From Akkermansia muciniphila (GTDB lineage Bacteria; Verrucomicrobiota; Verrucomicrobiia; Limisphaerales; UBA9464): a stretch of 64,000 nt of DNA. The position numbers were made by a program, and so were the translations under genes. The notes under the pieces are model-generated. The model was not told the DNA's origin and searched no databases. It was given only the letters and a program-made list of their open reading frames with translations. Of the stretch, positions 38,686 to 47,496 are shown in pieces. Position 1 is the stretch's first letter, and each line of letters starts with the position of its first letter. The stretch is taken from contig CAMCYJ010000009.1 in NCBI GenBank assembly GCA_945883815.1, forward strand, positions 6,821 to 70,820, read 5' to 3'.

Positions 38686-38933
38686 AACTCCACTTGGGAA
38701 TTTCCAGTGTCCTGGCAGCGGCATTGCTGACGATGCCGTCCTTGAATGCCTGCACCGCTTGCTTCGGCAAGACGGATGAAGCCCTCGCTCAAGGCATGAA
38801 TGCGGGCATCTATGTGATGCTGGTGTTCGTGGTCGCTGCCTGGGTGTTATTCGGTAGTTTCTTTGTGTTCATTGCCCGTCGCTCCAAGCGTGTGAACGCG
38901 GAGACTGAAGCGGGTGAATCTCCCTCGGTTTGA
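38682..38933 (+). CDS. Small exported/anchored protein with CTAC motif (hypothetical)
   Basis: 83 aa. A signal-like N-terminus ends LNAC-TAC-FG, and a C-terminal TM helix is present (IYVMLVFVVAAWVLFGSFFVFIA). Confidence 0.5.
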   Translation: MKLHLGISSVLAAALLTMPSLNACTACFGKTDEALAQGMNAGIYVMLVFVVAAWVLFGSFFVFIARRSKRVNAETEAGESPSV

Positions 38934-38957
38934 TCGTCTGCAAATTTTCGGAAATAC

Positions 38958-39731
38958 ATGACCTCTCTACTTCGATATTTTGGAATGCCGGAAGTGGCTT
39001 CGGCCCATGGCAATGGCATCGATGAGTTGATCCTGTACGTGCACCTGCTCATGGGTGCGCTGTTTGTGGGATGGCTCGCTTACTTCCTCTGGGTAATGGT
39101 GCGCTTCAACAAAGCTGCCAATCCCAAAGCCGATTACGTGGGTGTCCGCAGCCATGCTTCGACCTACTTGGAGATCGGTGTAGCAGTGGTGGAGGCCGTG
39201 CTGTTGATTGGCCTCGCTGTGCCTCTTTGGGCCAGGGCGGTCGACAATCCTCCCGGGGCCGACCAGAAGCCGGTCGAAATCCAGGTGATGGCTCAGCAGT
39301 TCGCGTGGGCGGCCCATTTTCCGGGAACCGATGGCAAGTGGGGCAAGCAGGACACCAAGTTTGCCGACCGTGGCAATCCCTTTGGTTTGGATACCAGCGA
39401 CGCCGATGCCAAGGACGACATCTCGGTGGTCACCGAGGCGTTCCTGGTGCCAGTCAACCGGCCTGTGATTGCCAAGTTGTCGAGCATGGATGTGATCCAT
39501 TGCTTCAAGCTGCCGGCCATGCGGGTGACCCAGGATGTGATTCCCGGTTTGTCCATCCCCGTGCATTTCACGCCCACCAAAACCGGCGATTACACCATCA
39601 CGTGCGCCCAGCTCTGCGGCAACGGTCACGCGTCCATGAAGGGTGTTTTCAAGGTGGTCTCGGAGGCAGATTACGACAAGTGGTTTGCTGAAAAGTCCAA
39701 GGCAGGTGGCGCGGGTGGCAGCTTCGAATAA
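38958..39731 (+). CDS. ctaC: Cytochrome c oxidase subunit II (CuA, no fused cytochrome c domain)
   Basis: 257 aa with two N-terminal TM helices. The CuA ligands are DVIHCF...CAQLCGNGHASM. Confidence 0.93.
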   Translation: MTSLLRYFGMPEVASAHGNGIDELILYVHLLMGALFVGWLAYFLWVMVRFNKAANPKADYVGVRSHASTYLEIGVAVVEAVLLIGLAVPLWARAVDNPPGADQKPVEIQVMAQQFAWAAHFPGTDGKWGKQDTKFADRGNPFGLDTSDADAKDDISVVTEAFLVPVNRPVIAKLSSMDVIHCFKLPAMRVTQDVIPGLSIPVHFTPTKTGDYTITCAQLCGNGHASMKGVFKVVSEADYDKWFAEKSKAGGAGGSFE

Positions 39732-39759
39732 GCTGCTCGAATCAGGCTACCGATTGAGT

Positions 39760-39801
39760 CCGCCGGATCAGCCGCTGGTTTCATACCGGCGGCTTTTTTT
39801 T
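39760..39801 (+). terminator. Rho-independent terminator after subunit II
   Basis: The stem CCGCCGG (39760-39766) / CCGGCGG (39786-39792) is followed by C and eight T (39794-39801). Confidence 0.75.
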
Positions 39802-39809
39802 CAATCACG

Positions 39810-40409
39810 ATGGAGTCGCATATCCAACGGTTTCTGTGGGGAACACTGGTCGCCAGTTTGCTGGCGGTCTCGGTGGCTTACTTCCGCTCCCGGGGCGCAC
39901 CTCCCATTCTGGGTCAGCTCCACGACTTTTCGCTGACCAACCAATTGGGGCAACCCGTTGACAAGGATTCCATCAAGGGACGGATCAGTGTGGTCAACAT
40001 TGTTTTCTCTCGGTGTCCCACCCAGTGTCGACGCTTGTCGGCTCAGATGCAGCGGCTCCAGTCGCGAATTCCCTCTGGAGTGCGTCTGGTTTCTCTGACT
40101 GCAGATCCCGAGTACGACACGCCGGAAGTTTTGAAGCGCTATGGCTTGGAGTACCAAGCTTCCTCAGAAAAGTGGTGGATGCTCACCGGCCCAAAGTCCG
40201 AGGTCTATCGGGTGGCCATTGCTGATCTGAAATTTGCGGTGGTCGAATCGGGGGAGCCATCTCCGAAATTGGAGGATCTATTCATCCACACGGCGGATTT
40301 TGGAGTGTTGGATTCCCAAGGGCGTTTGCGATTCGTCATCCACAGTGAAGATTCAGACGCTGAAGATCAGGTGATTCAGTCCGTCAAGCGTCTCAAAGGC
40401 ATCTTATGA
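39810..40409 (+). CDS. SCO1/SenC copper chaperone (thioredoxin fold)
   Basis: 199 aa with an N-terminal anchor and the CxxxC motif FSRCPTQC. Confidence 0.9.
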   Translation: MESHIQRFLWGTLVASLLAVSVAYFRSRGAPPILGQLHDFSLTNQLGQPVDKDSIKGRISVVNIVFSRCPTQCRRLSAQMQRLQSRIPSGVRLVSLTADPEYDTPEVLKRYGLEYQASSEKWWMLTGPKSEVYRVAIADLKFAVVESGEPSPKLEDLFIHTADFGVLDSQGRLRFVIHSEDSDAEDQVIQSVKRLKGIL

Positions 40410-40837
40410 ACCATTCCCTGCAGTTCCTGCCGCTGGTCAACGCTTGCCTCAACGGTGTGGCAGGAATTCTTCTGGTGGCCGGACTCATCCACATCAAGGC
40501 CGGGCGGCGTGAAGCTCACCGTAAGTGCATGGTGGCGGCGTTTGTCACATCCTGCGTCTTCTTGCTGTTGTACCTGACCCACAAGTACCTGCTGAAATCG
40601 GTCCACACGCCCTTCAAGGGACCTGAGTTCCTGCGGCCCTGGTATTATGGAATGCTCTTTTCGCACATCCTTCTGGCCGCTGCGGTGCCGGTGTTGGCGC
40701 TGATCACCCTGCGCCGTGGCAGCGCGGGAGACCTGGAGCGGCACAAGAAGATCGCTCGTTGGACGTGGCCGATTTGGATGTACGTCTCGGTGACCGGAGT
40801 ATTGGTGTATCTGGTTCTCTACCAGATTTGGCCTTGA
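40406..40837 (+). CDS. DUF420 (CtaM-like) membrane protein
   Basis: 143 aa with four TM helices. Shows LPLVNACLNGVAGILLVAG...HRKCM. Overlaps the SCO stop (ATGA). Confidence 0.85.
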   Translation: MNHSLQFLPLVNACLNGVAGILLVAGLIHIKAGRREAHRKCMVAAFVTSCVFLLLYLTHKYLLKSVHTPFKGPEFLRPWYYGMLFSHILLAAAVPVLALITLRRGSAGDLERHKKIARWTWPIWMYVSVTGVLVYLVLYQIWP

Positions 40838-41055
40838 TGCGAGACTGGGTGCGTTCCGTTGGAACGCCGTCCGGCACAGGCTCTTCCCGGGCAACCCCCT
40901 CCAGCCCTGAGTCGTTGGATCGTGTGTCGTGGGGGTGGTCACCTGACCGGGAAACGCTCGGTCAGGATTTAACCGAAGGATTGAATTTGGTCCGAACCCA
41001 CGTTCTTTGCAGGGGATTCTTCGCAGGGTGTGTGAGGCACCCAACTGCCTGCTGA

Positions 41056-42825
41056 TCAGGCTGCCTCAGGATCCCGCCACTTGCCGTGTTCGCGAATGAG
41101 GTCCACCAGGCGTTCGACCGCTTCGTCCTCCGGGATGTTGAAGCGGACTGGCTTCTTGCCCACGTAGAGGTTGATTTTGTTGGGAGCTCCGCCCACGTAG
41201 CCGAAGTCGGCGTCGGCCATCTCACCTGGACCATTCACGATGCACCCCATGATGGCGATTTTCACGCCTTTGAGGTGCTCCGTCCGGGCTTTGATGCGCG
41301 CGGTGACCGTTTGCAGGTTGAACAGCGTGCGTCCGCAACTGGGGCAGGCGACGTAATCGGTCTTGAAGGATCGGCAGCCGGCGGCCTGAAGGATGTTGAA
41401 GGCCAATCGCAGGGACTGCCCGGCTCCGGGCTCCGAACGGACGAGGATGGCGTCGCCGATGCCGTCCGCCAGCAGCGAACCGAGGTTGACGGCCGCCTGC
41501 AGTTGGGCCGCCTCCGGGGTCAATGCCTCGGACGGGGCAATGAGTCGGTCCTTGAGCAGGATGGGATTGCGGCTGCCCAGCGCCGCCAACCGGACCGTCA
41601 GCAATCGGAAGGCGGTGATGGGAGGCAGGGACACATCATCTTGGACGGTGATCCACTGGGTCTCGCACGGGGGATGCGGAAAATCCGAGGTGGGATCCAC
41701 CTCCATCAGCTGGAGATCTTCGTAAATGGCCTCCGGTTTGACATCGACCTTGGGGGAGATCTTCGGGGCCACCGCATCAAAGGTGCTGCGTTCGACCACC
41801 ACTCGAACCAGGTTTTCTCCGCCTGCTGGCAGATCCCCCAACGGTGACACGACCGATTCGCGTCGTTTGAAATTGAAGGGATCCCAGGGGAGGGAGGGGT
41901 TGCCCAAGGCCAGGTGGGTTCCGGTCAGTTGGGGGATTTGCGCCAGCAGGTCGTTGCAAACGGCGATTTCACGCGGGCTGTCTTCGGTCAGAGAGACTCG
42001 GATCGTATCGCCGATGCCGTCGCAGAGCAGGGAGCCGATACCAATGGCCGATTTGATGCGGCCGTCTTCGCCTTCACCCGCCTCGGTGACGCCCAAGTGC
42101 AGCGGGTAGTTCCAGTCGGGGCCTTCCAGGTCGAGGCGGGCCGCCAGCAGCCGGTAACACTCGATCATCACCTTCGGATTGGAGGACTTCATCGAGAAGA
42201 CGAAGTTGTGGAAACCGTTCTTGCGGCAGATGTGGGCGAATTCGAGGGCGCTTTCGACCATGCCCACAGGGGAGTCCCCATACCGGTTCATGATCCGGTC
42301 GCTGAGGGATCCGTGATTGGTTCCGATGCGCAGGGCGCGACCCAGACGCTTGGCTTCTTGCACCAGCGGCGTGAAGCGTGCCTCGATCCTCGCCAGTTCT
42401 TCAGCGTAGGCCTCGTCGGTGTATTCCTTGATCGCGAATTTCTTGCTGTCGGCGTAATTGCCCGGGTTGATTCGGACTTTTTCCACCCACTTGACGGCTT
42501 CCATCGCCGCTTCCGGCTTGAAGTGGATATCGGCAACCAGAGGCACTTGACAACCCACCTGGCGCAGTTCTCGAACAATGTTCTCGAGGTTGGCGGCGTC
42601 CTTCACAGTCGGAGCTGTGATGCGCACAATCTGGCAGCCTACGGCCACCAGTTCCAAGGTCTGCCGCACGCATTCGGCGGTGTCCATGGTATCGCAGGTG
42701 AGCATCGACTGCTTGACCACTGGGTGATCTCCCCCGAGCACCACGCCGCCGCAAGCGGGGTCGCCCACAGTGACGTTGCGGGCGGGTCTGCGGCTGTAAC
42801 TCCAGGGAGAAGGGCAATACTTCAT
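41056..42825 (-). CDS. ispG: 4-hydroxy-3-methylbut-2-enyl diphosphate synthase (long form)
   Basis: 589 aa from the ATG at 42825. Shows VKQSMLTCDT, VRINPGNYAD and the C-terminal Fe-S cysteines CPSCGRT...MGCIVNGPGE. Confidence 0.96.
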   Translation of the reverse strand: MKYCPSPWSYSRRPARNVTVGDPACGGVVLGGDHPVVKQSMLTCDTMDTAECVRQTLELVAVGCQIVRITAPTVKDAANLENIVRELRQVGCQVPLVADIHFKPEAAMEAVKWVEKVRINPGNYADSKKFAIKEYTDEAYAEELARIEARFTPLVQEAKRLGRALRIGTNHGSLSDRIMNRYGDSPVGMVESALEFAHICRKNGFHNFVFSMKSSNPKVMIECYRLLAARLDLEGPDWNYPLHLGVTEAGEGEDGRIKSAIGIGSLLCDGIGDTIRVSLTEDSPREIAVCNDLLAQIPQLTGTHLALGNPSLPWDPFNFKRRESVVSPLGDLPAGGENLVRVVVERSTFDAVAPKISPKVDVKPEAIYEDLQLMEVDPTSDFPHPPCETQWITVQDDVSLPPITAFRLLTVRLAALGSRNPILLKDRLIAPSEALTPEAAQLQAAVNLGSLLADGIGDAILVRSEPGAGQSLRLAFNILQAAGCRSFKTDYVACPSCGRTLFNLQTVTARIKARTEHLKGVKIAIMGCIVNGPGEMADADFGYVGGAPNKINLYVGKKPVRFNIPEDEAVERLVDLIREHGKWRDPEAA

Positions 42826-42909
42826 GAATCGCTGAGAGGGAATAAACGGGATGGCGGCCGGCGGCGTCAACGCTCCGGAGAATTTCCCGGAGGTTTTGAG
42901 TGCCAATCC

Positions 42910-44301
42910 TTACGGGGCTGGCTTCGGCTGCGAGGGGGCTTCGATGACGGTTTCTTGGCGGAACATGGCCCGGAACAGGGGGCCGCGTTTCACCACATCA
43001 AAGAAGGAAACATAGGCCATGAAGCTCAGCAGGAGGACCGCGAAGGCGGACGTAGCAATCTCTTGGAAACGCGGCGCAACGCGCCGGCGGGTGATGATCT
43101 CGTAGAGAGCCATGGTGATGTGCCCGCCATCCAATACCGGAATCGGCAGCAAATTGATAATGGCCAAATTGACATTCAACATCACGAGGAAGCTCAGGGC
43201 CAAGCGGATATCGGCATTCACGTCAGCGGCCAATTTGCCGAAGATTCCGACGGGGCCACTCATGTCCTTGGCGCTCACACCTGTTTCCTTGGAGTGCGCC
43301 AAGGCGCCCACCAATTCTCCCATCTGGACCAACACCCCCGAAACCTGCTCCCAAGGGGTTGGTCCCGGGCGTTGCAATTGGTAAGTCAACACCCGGCTCG
43401 GTGCGATGGTCACACCGATTCGGGCCACGCCGCTGGTCGGGTCTACCCGAGGGGTCACGGTGAAGGTCATGCGCTGGCTCGCGCGCTGCACCTCGACCTG
43501 GGCGGGCTTGCCAGTCTGGGCGCGGATGAGTTCCACCAATTGGGATTGCCCCACCACCGGTACTCCGCCGAACGAGATGAACTGGTCATTCACCGCCATT
43601 CCTGCCTCTTGGGCGGCACCGCCCGGTGCCAAATCCATGATCACCGGATGATCTTTGGGGTCCAAGTTCAGCAACTTGAGCCCGAAGGTGGGGTTGACGA
43701 CGGCCGTCAGGACATAATTGGAAACCGAATCTCCCCGGGCGATCTCCACCGGAATGGTCTGGGACCGTGCCAACACCGTAAAGCGTTGGACGTCCTGCCA
43801 CCGACGCACAATTTTCCCATCGACGCGGACCATACGATCGCCCTCTCGGATGCCCAATCGTGCCTCGGCGGAATCGGGCTCGACGTAGCCGATGATCGGC
43901 GGATTGACCGGAACTGGTAGGCCGACCCACCAGATCAGGCTGGCGATGGCCAAGGCGAAAACGATGTTCATGGCCGGCCCTGCCAAGGCAACCCAGATAC
44001 GGGAAGCGGGTGAAGCGGGAGCCACTGCGGGATCTGCCGCCCCTTCGATGGTCTCGGAAGTCAGCATCTGAGGCAGCTTCACGAACCCTCCGGCAGGGAT
44101 CCAACGCACGGCCCACTCGACTCCGTGGCGGTCCATCCACCCGAATACCTTGGGTCCGAAACCGATGGAAAACCCGAGAACCACCATGCGGCGAAGACGG
44201 GCCATCCAGAAGTGCCCGTATTCGTGAACGAACACGGAGGCACCGAAGAATACGATCACCGCGAGCACGACGTAGGCTTTGTGAAACAGGTCTCCAATCA
44301 T
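42910..44301 (-). CDS. rseP: Site-2 protease RseP (M50 zinc metalloprotease with PDZ domains)
   Basis: 463 aa. Has the HEYGHF zinc motif and the C-terminal NLLPIPVLDGGH. Confidence 0.93.
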   Translation of the reverse strand: MIGDLFHKAYVVLAVIVFFGASVFVHEYGHFWMARLRRMVVLGFSIGFGPKVFGWMDRHGVEWAVRWIPAGGFVKLPQMLTSETIEGAADPAVAPASPASRIWVALAGPAMNIVFALAIASLIWWVGLPVPVNPPIIGYVEPDSAEARLGIREGDRMVRVDGKIVRRWQDVQRFTVLARSQTIPVEIARGDSVSNYVLTAVVNPTFGLKLLNLDPKDHPVIMDLAPGGAAQEAGMAVNDQFISFGGVPVVGQSQLVELIRAQTGKPAQVEVQRASQRMTFTVTPRVDPTSGVARIGVTIAPSRVLTYQLQRPGPTPWEQVSGVLVQMGELVGALAHSKETGVSAKDMSGPVGIFGKLAADVNADIRLALSFLVMLNVNLAIINLLPIPVLDGGHITMALYEIITRRRVAPRFQEIATSAFAVLLLSFMAYVSFFDVVKRGPLFRAMFRQETVIEAPSQPKPAP

Positions 44302-44527
44302 GGACTGGAGTCAACGTAGGTAATGGCATCCCAGTGGGCAATCGCCACTCTTGAAAAAAGCATGTCCCCCGTTTCTTGCAGCCTGCACCTTCGGTGCTGA
44401 TTTCAGGTAAAGCCCGTTTGACGCAAGCCGCCCTCTCGGTGGACTGTTCACTCAGTAAGGCGTTGCCGAGTCGATGAAATCCATCCGCTGCACTGAAGCC
44501 TGACTGGAAGGTTGGAATGGTGGGTGG

Positions 44528-44551
44528 ATATTCAGGCTCGGCATATTCAGG
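44528..44551. repeat. Direct repeat ATATTCAGG x2 (period 15) 27 nt upstream of the ABC permease start
   Basis: The copies at 44528-44536 and 44543-44551 are identical. Function is unknown. Confidence 0.8.
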
Positions 44552-44577
44552 GTCTCCTCCGCCCGTTGGTTTGAATC

Positions 44578-45723
44578 ATGTTCCTGCTTGCTCTGAAAAT
44601 GCTGCTCGGTGACCGCGCCAAATACTGGATGCTGGTTGGGGGCTTGGCGTTTTCATCCCTGCTGATGACTCAGCAATACTCGGTTTTCCAGGGGTTGCTG
44701 GCGTGGACGACGAGCCATATGCGCAACATGCGGGCCTCCATCTGGATCGTTGAATCCCGTGTGGATCAGGTCAATGAAACCAAGGCCATGCGGGACACCG
44801 ACGTGAATCGGGTGCGTTCGGTGGAAGGTGTCGACTTTGCAGTGCCCTTGTTCCAGGGGGTCCTCAAGGCCCGGACGGCAGACGGAGCCGACAAGATGAT
44901 CCAGATGATCGGCTTGCACTCCGGGACTCTCTATGGGCGTCCGCCTCACATGATTGAGGGGGACATCTCTCAACTGCGTCTGCCCAATAGCGTTGTCATC
45001 GACACGCTCGCTGCAGAAGTCACCCGTCTCGGATCGGGGGTGGGCAGGCCGTTGAAGGTAGGGGATGTGTTTGAGATCAACGACCGAGAGGCTCGAGTCG
45101 TGGGCATTTGCAAAACGGAGCGGCACTTCTTTGGCTATCCTTACGTTTTCTCCAGTTATGACCAGGCCCTCCAGTATGCTCCGCGACAACGAAAAATGCT
45201 TTCGATGATCCTGGCAGAGCCCAAACCCGGGTTGGACACGGCGGTGGTGGCCCAGCGGATCATGGCCGAGACCGGTCTTCGCGCTTTCACCGTTCCCCAA
45301 CTGGAGGCGTCCACCCTTCGATGGGTCTGGACCAACACCGGTATTCCCATCTCCTTCTTGACCACGATCGTGCTGGGTTTTGTGGTGGGGGTGGCCGTCT
45401 GTGGTCAGACGTTTTATTCCTTTGTCCTCGAAAACTTGCGCAATCTCGGGGCCCTCAAGGCCATGGGGGCCAGCAACAGTCTTCTGGCCGGAATGCTCCT
45501 GTTCCAGGCCATGATCGTCGGCCTGATCGGATTCGGCATCGGCATCGGACTGACAGCACTCTTCGGCCTGACGATCGCCCAGAGCGGGCAGCCCCCGTTC
45601 AAGGCAAATGCGGTATTCGTGTTTCAGTCTATGGCTGCTGTTCTTGTCATTTGTGCCCTTGCGGCCCTGTTCGGCATCCGGCGCGTGGCCAAGCTGGAGC
45701 CTGCCATCGTGTTCCGTGGTTGA
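44578..45723 (+). CDS. ABC exporter permease, FtsX/MacB/DevC type
   Basis: 381 aa. Has an N-terminal TM helix, a large periplasmic domain and three C-terminal TM helices. Confidence 0.88.
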   Translation: MFLLALKMLLGDRAKYWMLVGGLAFSSLLMTQQYSVFQGLLAWTTSHMRNMRASIWIVESRVDQVNETKAMRDTDVNRVRSVEGVDFAVPLFQGVLKARTADGADKMIQMIGLHSGTLYGRPPHMIEGDISQLRLPNSVVIDTLAAEVTRLGSGVGRPLKVGDVFEINDREARVVGICKTERHFFGYPYVFSSYDQALQYAPRQRKMLSMILAEPKPGLDTAVVAQRIMAETGLRAFTVPQLEASTLRWVWTNTGIPISFLTTIVLGFVVGVAVCGQTFYSFVLENLRNLGALKAMGASNSLLAGMLLFQAMIVGLIGFGIGIGLTALFGLTIAQSGQPPFKANAVFVFQSMAAVLVICALAALFGIRRVAKLEPAIVFRG

Positions 45724-45732
45724 ACCTCGCCG

Positions 45733-46527
45733 ATGACCACCCCGTTTCGTCCTGTGAACTCAGTTTCACTTCCTGCCACCCCGGTCGTTTGCAACCCACC
45801 GGGCGACTTAGCTGTCGGTGCACGAGGCATCGTCAAGGCGTTTGGGGTGGGGGATGCCCGCACCCTGGCCTTGAAGGGGGCGGATTTTGAGGCGAGCCAG
45901 GGTGAGTTGCACCTCATTGTGGGGCCTTCGGGTTGTGGCAAAACCACCCTGTTGAGCGTGTTGGCCGGAACTCTGTTGAGCGATCAGGGTGAGGTGAATC
46001 TCTTCGGCACCCGCCTGACCGGACTGTCGGCCTCGGAGGTCACCCGGTTCCGATGCCGGAACATTGGGTTCATCTTTCAGCAGTTCAACCTCATCCCGAC
46101 CTTGTCCTTGGTCGAGAATGTGAGTGTTCCATTGCTGCTCAATGGAACACTTCGCCGCGAGGCCGAAGCCAAGGCCACGGAGAGGTTGCGGCAGGTGGGG
46201 TTGGCTGGACGGGAGCGCCAGTTGCCGACGCAGCTTTCGGGTGGGCAACAACAGCGGGTGGCTATAGCCCGAGCCCTGGTCCATGAACCTCGATTGGTGA
46301 TTTGCGACGAACCCACCAGCGCGCTGGATTCGCTCACCGGCCACCAAATCATGGAATTGCTCAGCACTGCGGCCAAGGCGCCAGGACGCTGCGTCTTGAT
46401 TGTCACCCATGATCCCCGCATCTACGGCTATGCTGATCGCATCAGCGTGATGGAGGACGGCCGAGTGACTCACGTCCACGCCGGGGTATTGCTTTCCTCC
46501 TTCATTCATTCGGAAAACCGTTCCTAA
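45733..46527 (+). CDS. ABC transporter ATP-binding protein
   Basis: Walker A GPSGCGKTT, signature LSGGQQQRV and Walker B LVICDEPTSALD. Confidence 0.93.
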   Translation: MTTPFRPVNSVSLPATPVVCNPPGDLAVGARGIVKAFGVGDARTLALKGADFEASQGELHLIVGPSGCGKTTLLSVLAGTLLSDQGEVNLFGTRLTGLSASEVTRFRCRNIGFIFQQFNLIPTLSLVENVSVPLLLNGTLRREAEAKATERLRQVGLAGRERQLPTQLSGGQQQRVAIARALVHEPRLVICDEPTSALDSLTGHQIMELLSTAAKAPGRCVLIVTHDPRIYGYADRISVMEDGRVTHVHAGVLLSSFIHSENRS

Positions 46528-47490
46528 TTGTCCATGATCCTCTTGAAACGTCTCTCATTCTGGTTGGCGCTCTTGGGCGTAGGCCTAATGGTGTTCCTCC
46601 TCCGGGGGCAGAACGTCAAGGTTGCCAATCCCGGCCCAGTATCCGAGCCGCCCCGCTCACCCTATTCGCGTACAGTGGCCTCGACCGGCTTGATTGAAGC
46701 CTCGCGCGAGAACGTCAAGATTGCCGCGCCCCGAGAGGGCTTGGTGATGAAGGTCTTTGTGAAGGTAGGGGATTCAGTCAAAGAGGGGGCACCACTCTTT
46801 CAGTTGGACGGGCGCGAGGTTCGAGCCCGTGTCCGGGTGCTGGAGGCGCAGGCAAGATCGCTCCGCTCCCAGATTGCCGTTGAAGAGGCTCAGGTCGCCG
46901 ATCTGGCCGACCAGTTGAAGCGGTTTGCCCAGTTGGGTCGGGATCAAGTGGCGACCGAGGATGAGGTCAAGCGGCGCGAGTTCTCCTTGGGCACGGCTAG
47001 GGCGAGGGCGGAAGTCGCCCGAGCTATGGCTGCTGCGTCCGAGGAGGCGGTGCATCAGGCCAACACCGATCTGGAGATTCTCACCGTCCGCGCTCCTCGG
47101 GATGGTCGTTTGCTTCAGGTCAATTTGCGCGAAGGGGAATTTGCCACCGTCAAGCCGCAGTCGGAGTCGTTGATGCTCCTGGGTGATGTGGACACCTATC
47201 AGGTCCGGGCCGAAGTGGATGAGCAGGACTCCGTGCTCATCAGCGCCGACTATCCGGCTGTTGCGTCACTGAAGGGCCATTCCGAGATGAAGACTCCATT
47301 AAAGTTCGTTCGCATCGAACCCTATGTGGTGCCCAAGCGCAGTCTGACCGGTGACAGTCTCGAGCGTGTGGATACCCGAGTGTTGCAAATTGTCTACGCC
47401 TTCGATCGCCCGGCCTTTCCAGTCTACGTCGGTCAACAGGTCGATGTGTTCATCCAACGTCCCCAGACTGCGGCCCAGTCCACTCCTTGA
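46528..47490 (+). CDS. HlyD/MFP periplasmic adaptor (DevB/MacA-like)
   Basis: 320 aa with an N-terminal anchor, a coiled-coil hairpin and a beta-barrel. The start may be the TTG at 46528 or the ATG at 46534. Confidence 0.88.
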   Translation: MSMILLKRLSFWLALLGVGLMVFLLRGQNVKVANPGPVSEPPRSPYSRTVASTGLIEASRENVKIAAPREGLVMKVFVKVGDSVKEGAPLFQLDGREVRARVRVLEAQARSLRSQIAVEEAQVADLADQLKRFAQLGRDQVATEDEVKRREFSLGTARARAEVARAMAAASEEAVHQANTDLEILTVRAPRDGRLLQVNLREGEFATVKPQSESLMLLGDVDTYQVRAEVDEQDSVLISADYPAVASLKGHSEMKTPLKFVRIEPYVVPKRSLTGDSLERVDTRVLQIVYAFDRPAFPVYVGQQVDVFIQRPQTAAQSTP

Positions 47491-47496
47491 GTTTCC

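Noticed and set aside
41914-43920. 668-aa plus-strand ORF spanning ispG and rseP
   Set aside because: It runs antisense across two well-supported genes and their intergenic gap, so it is a GC-driven open frame.
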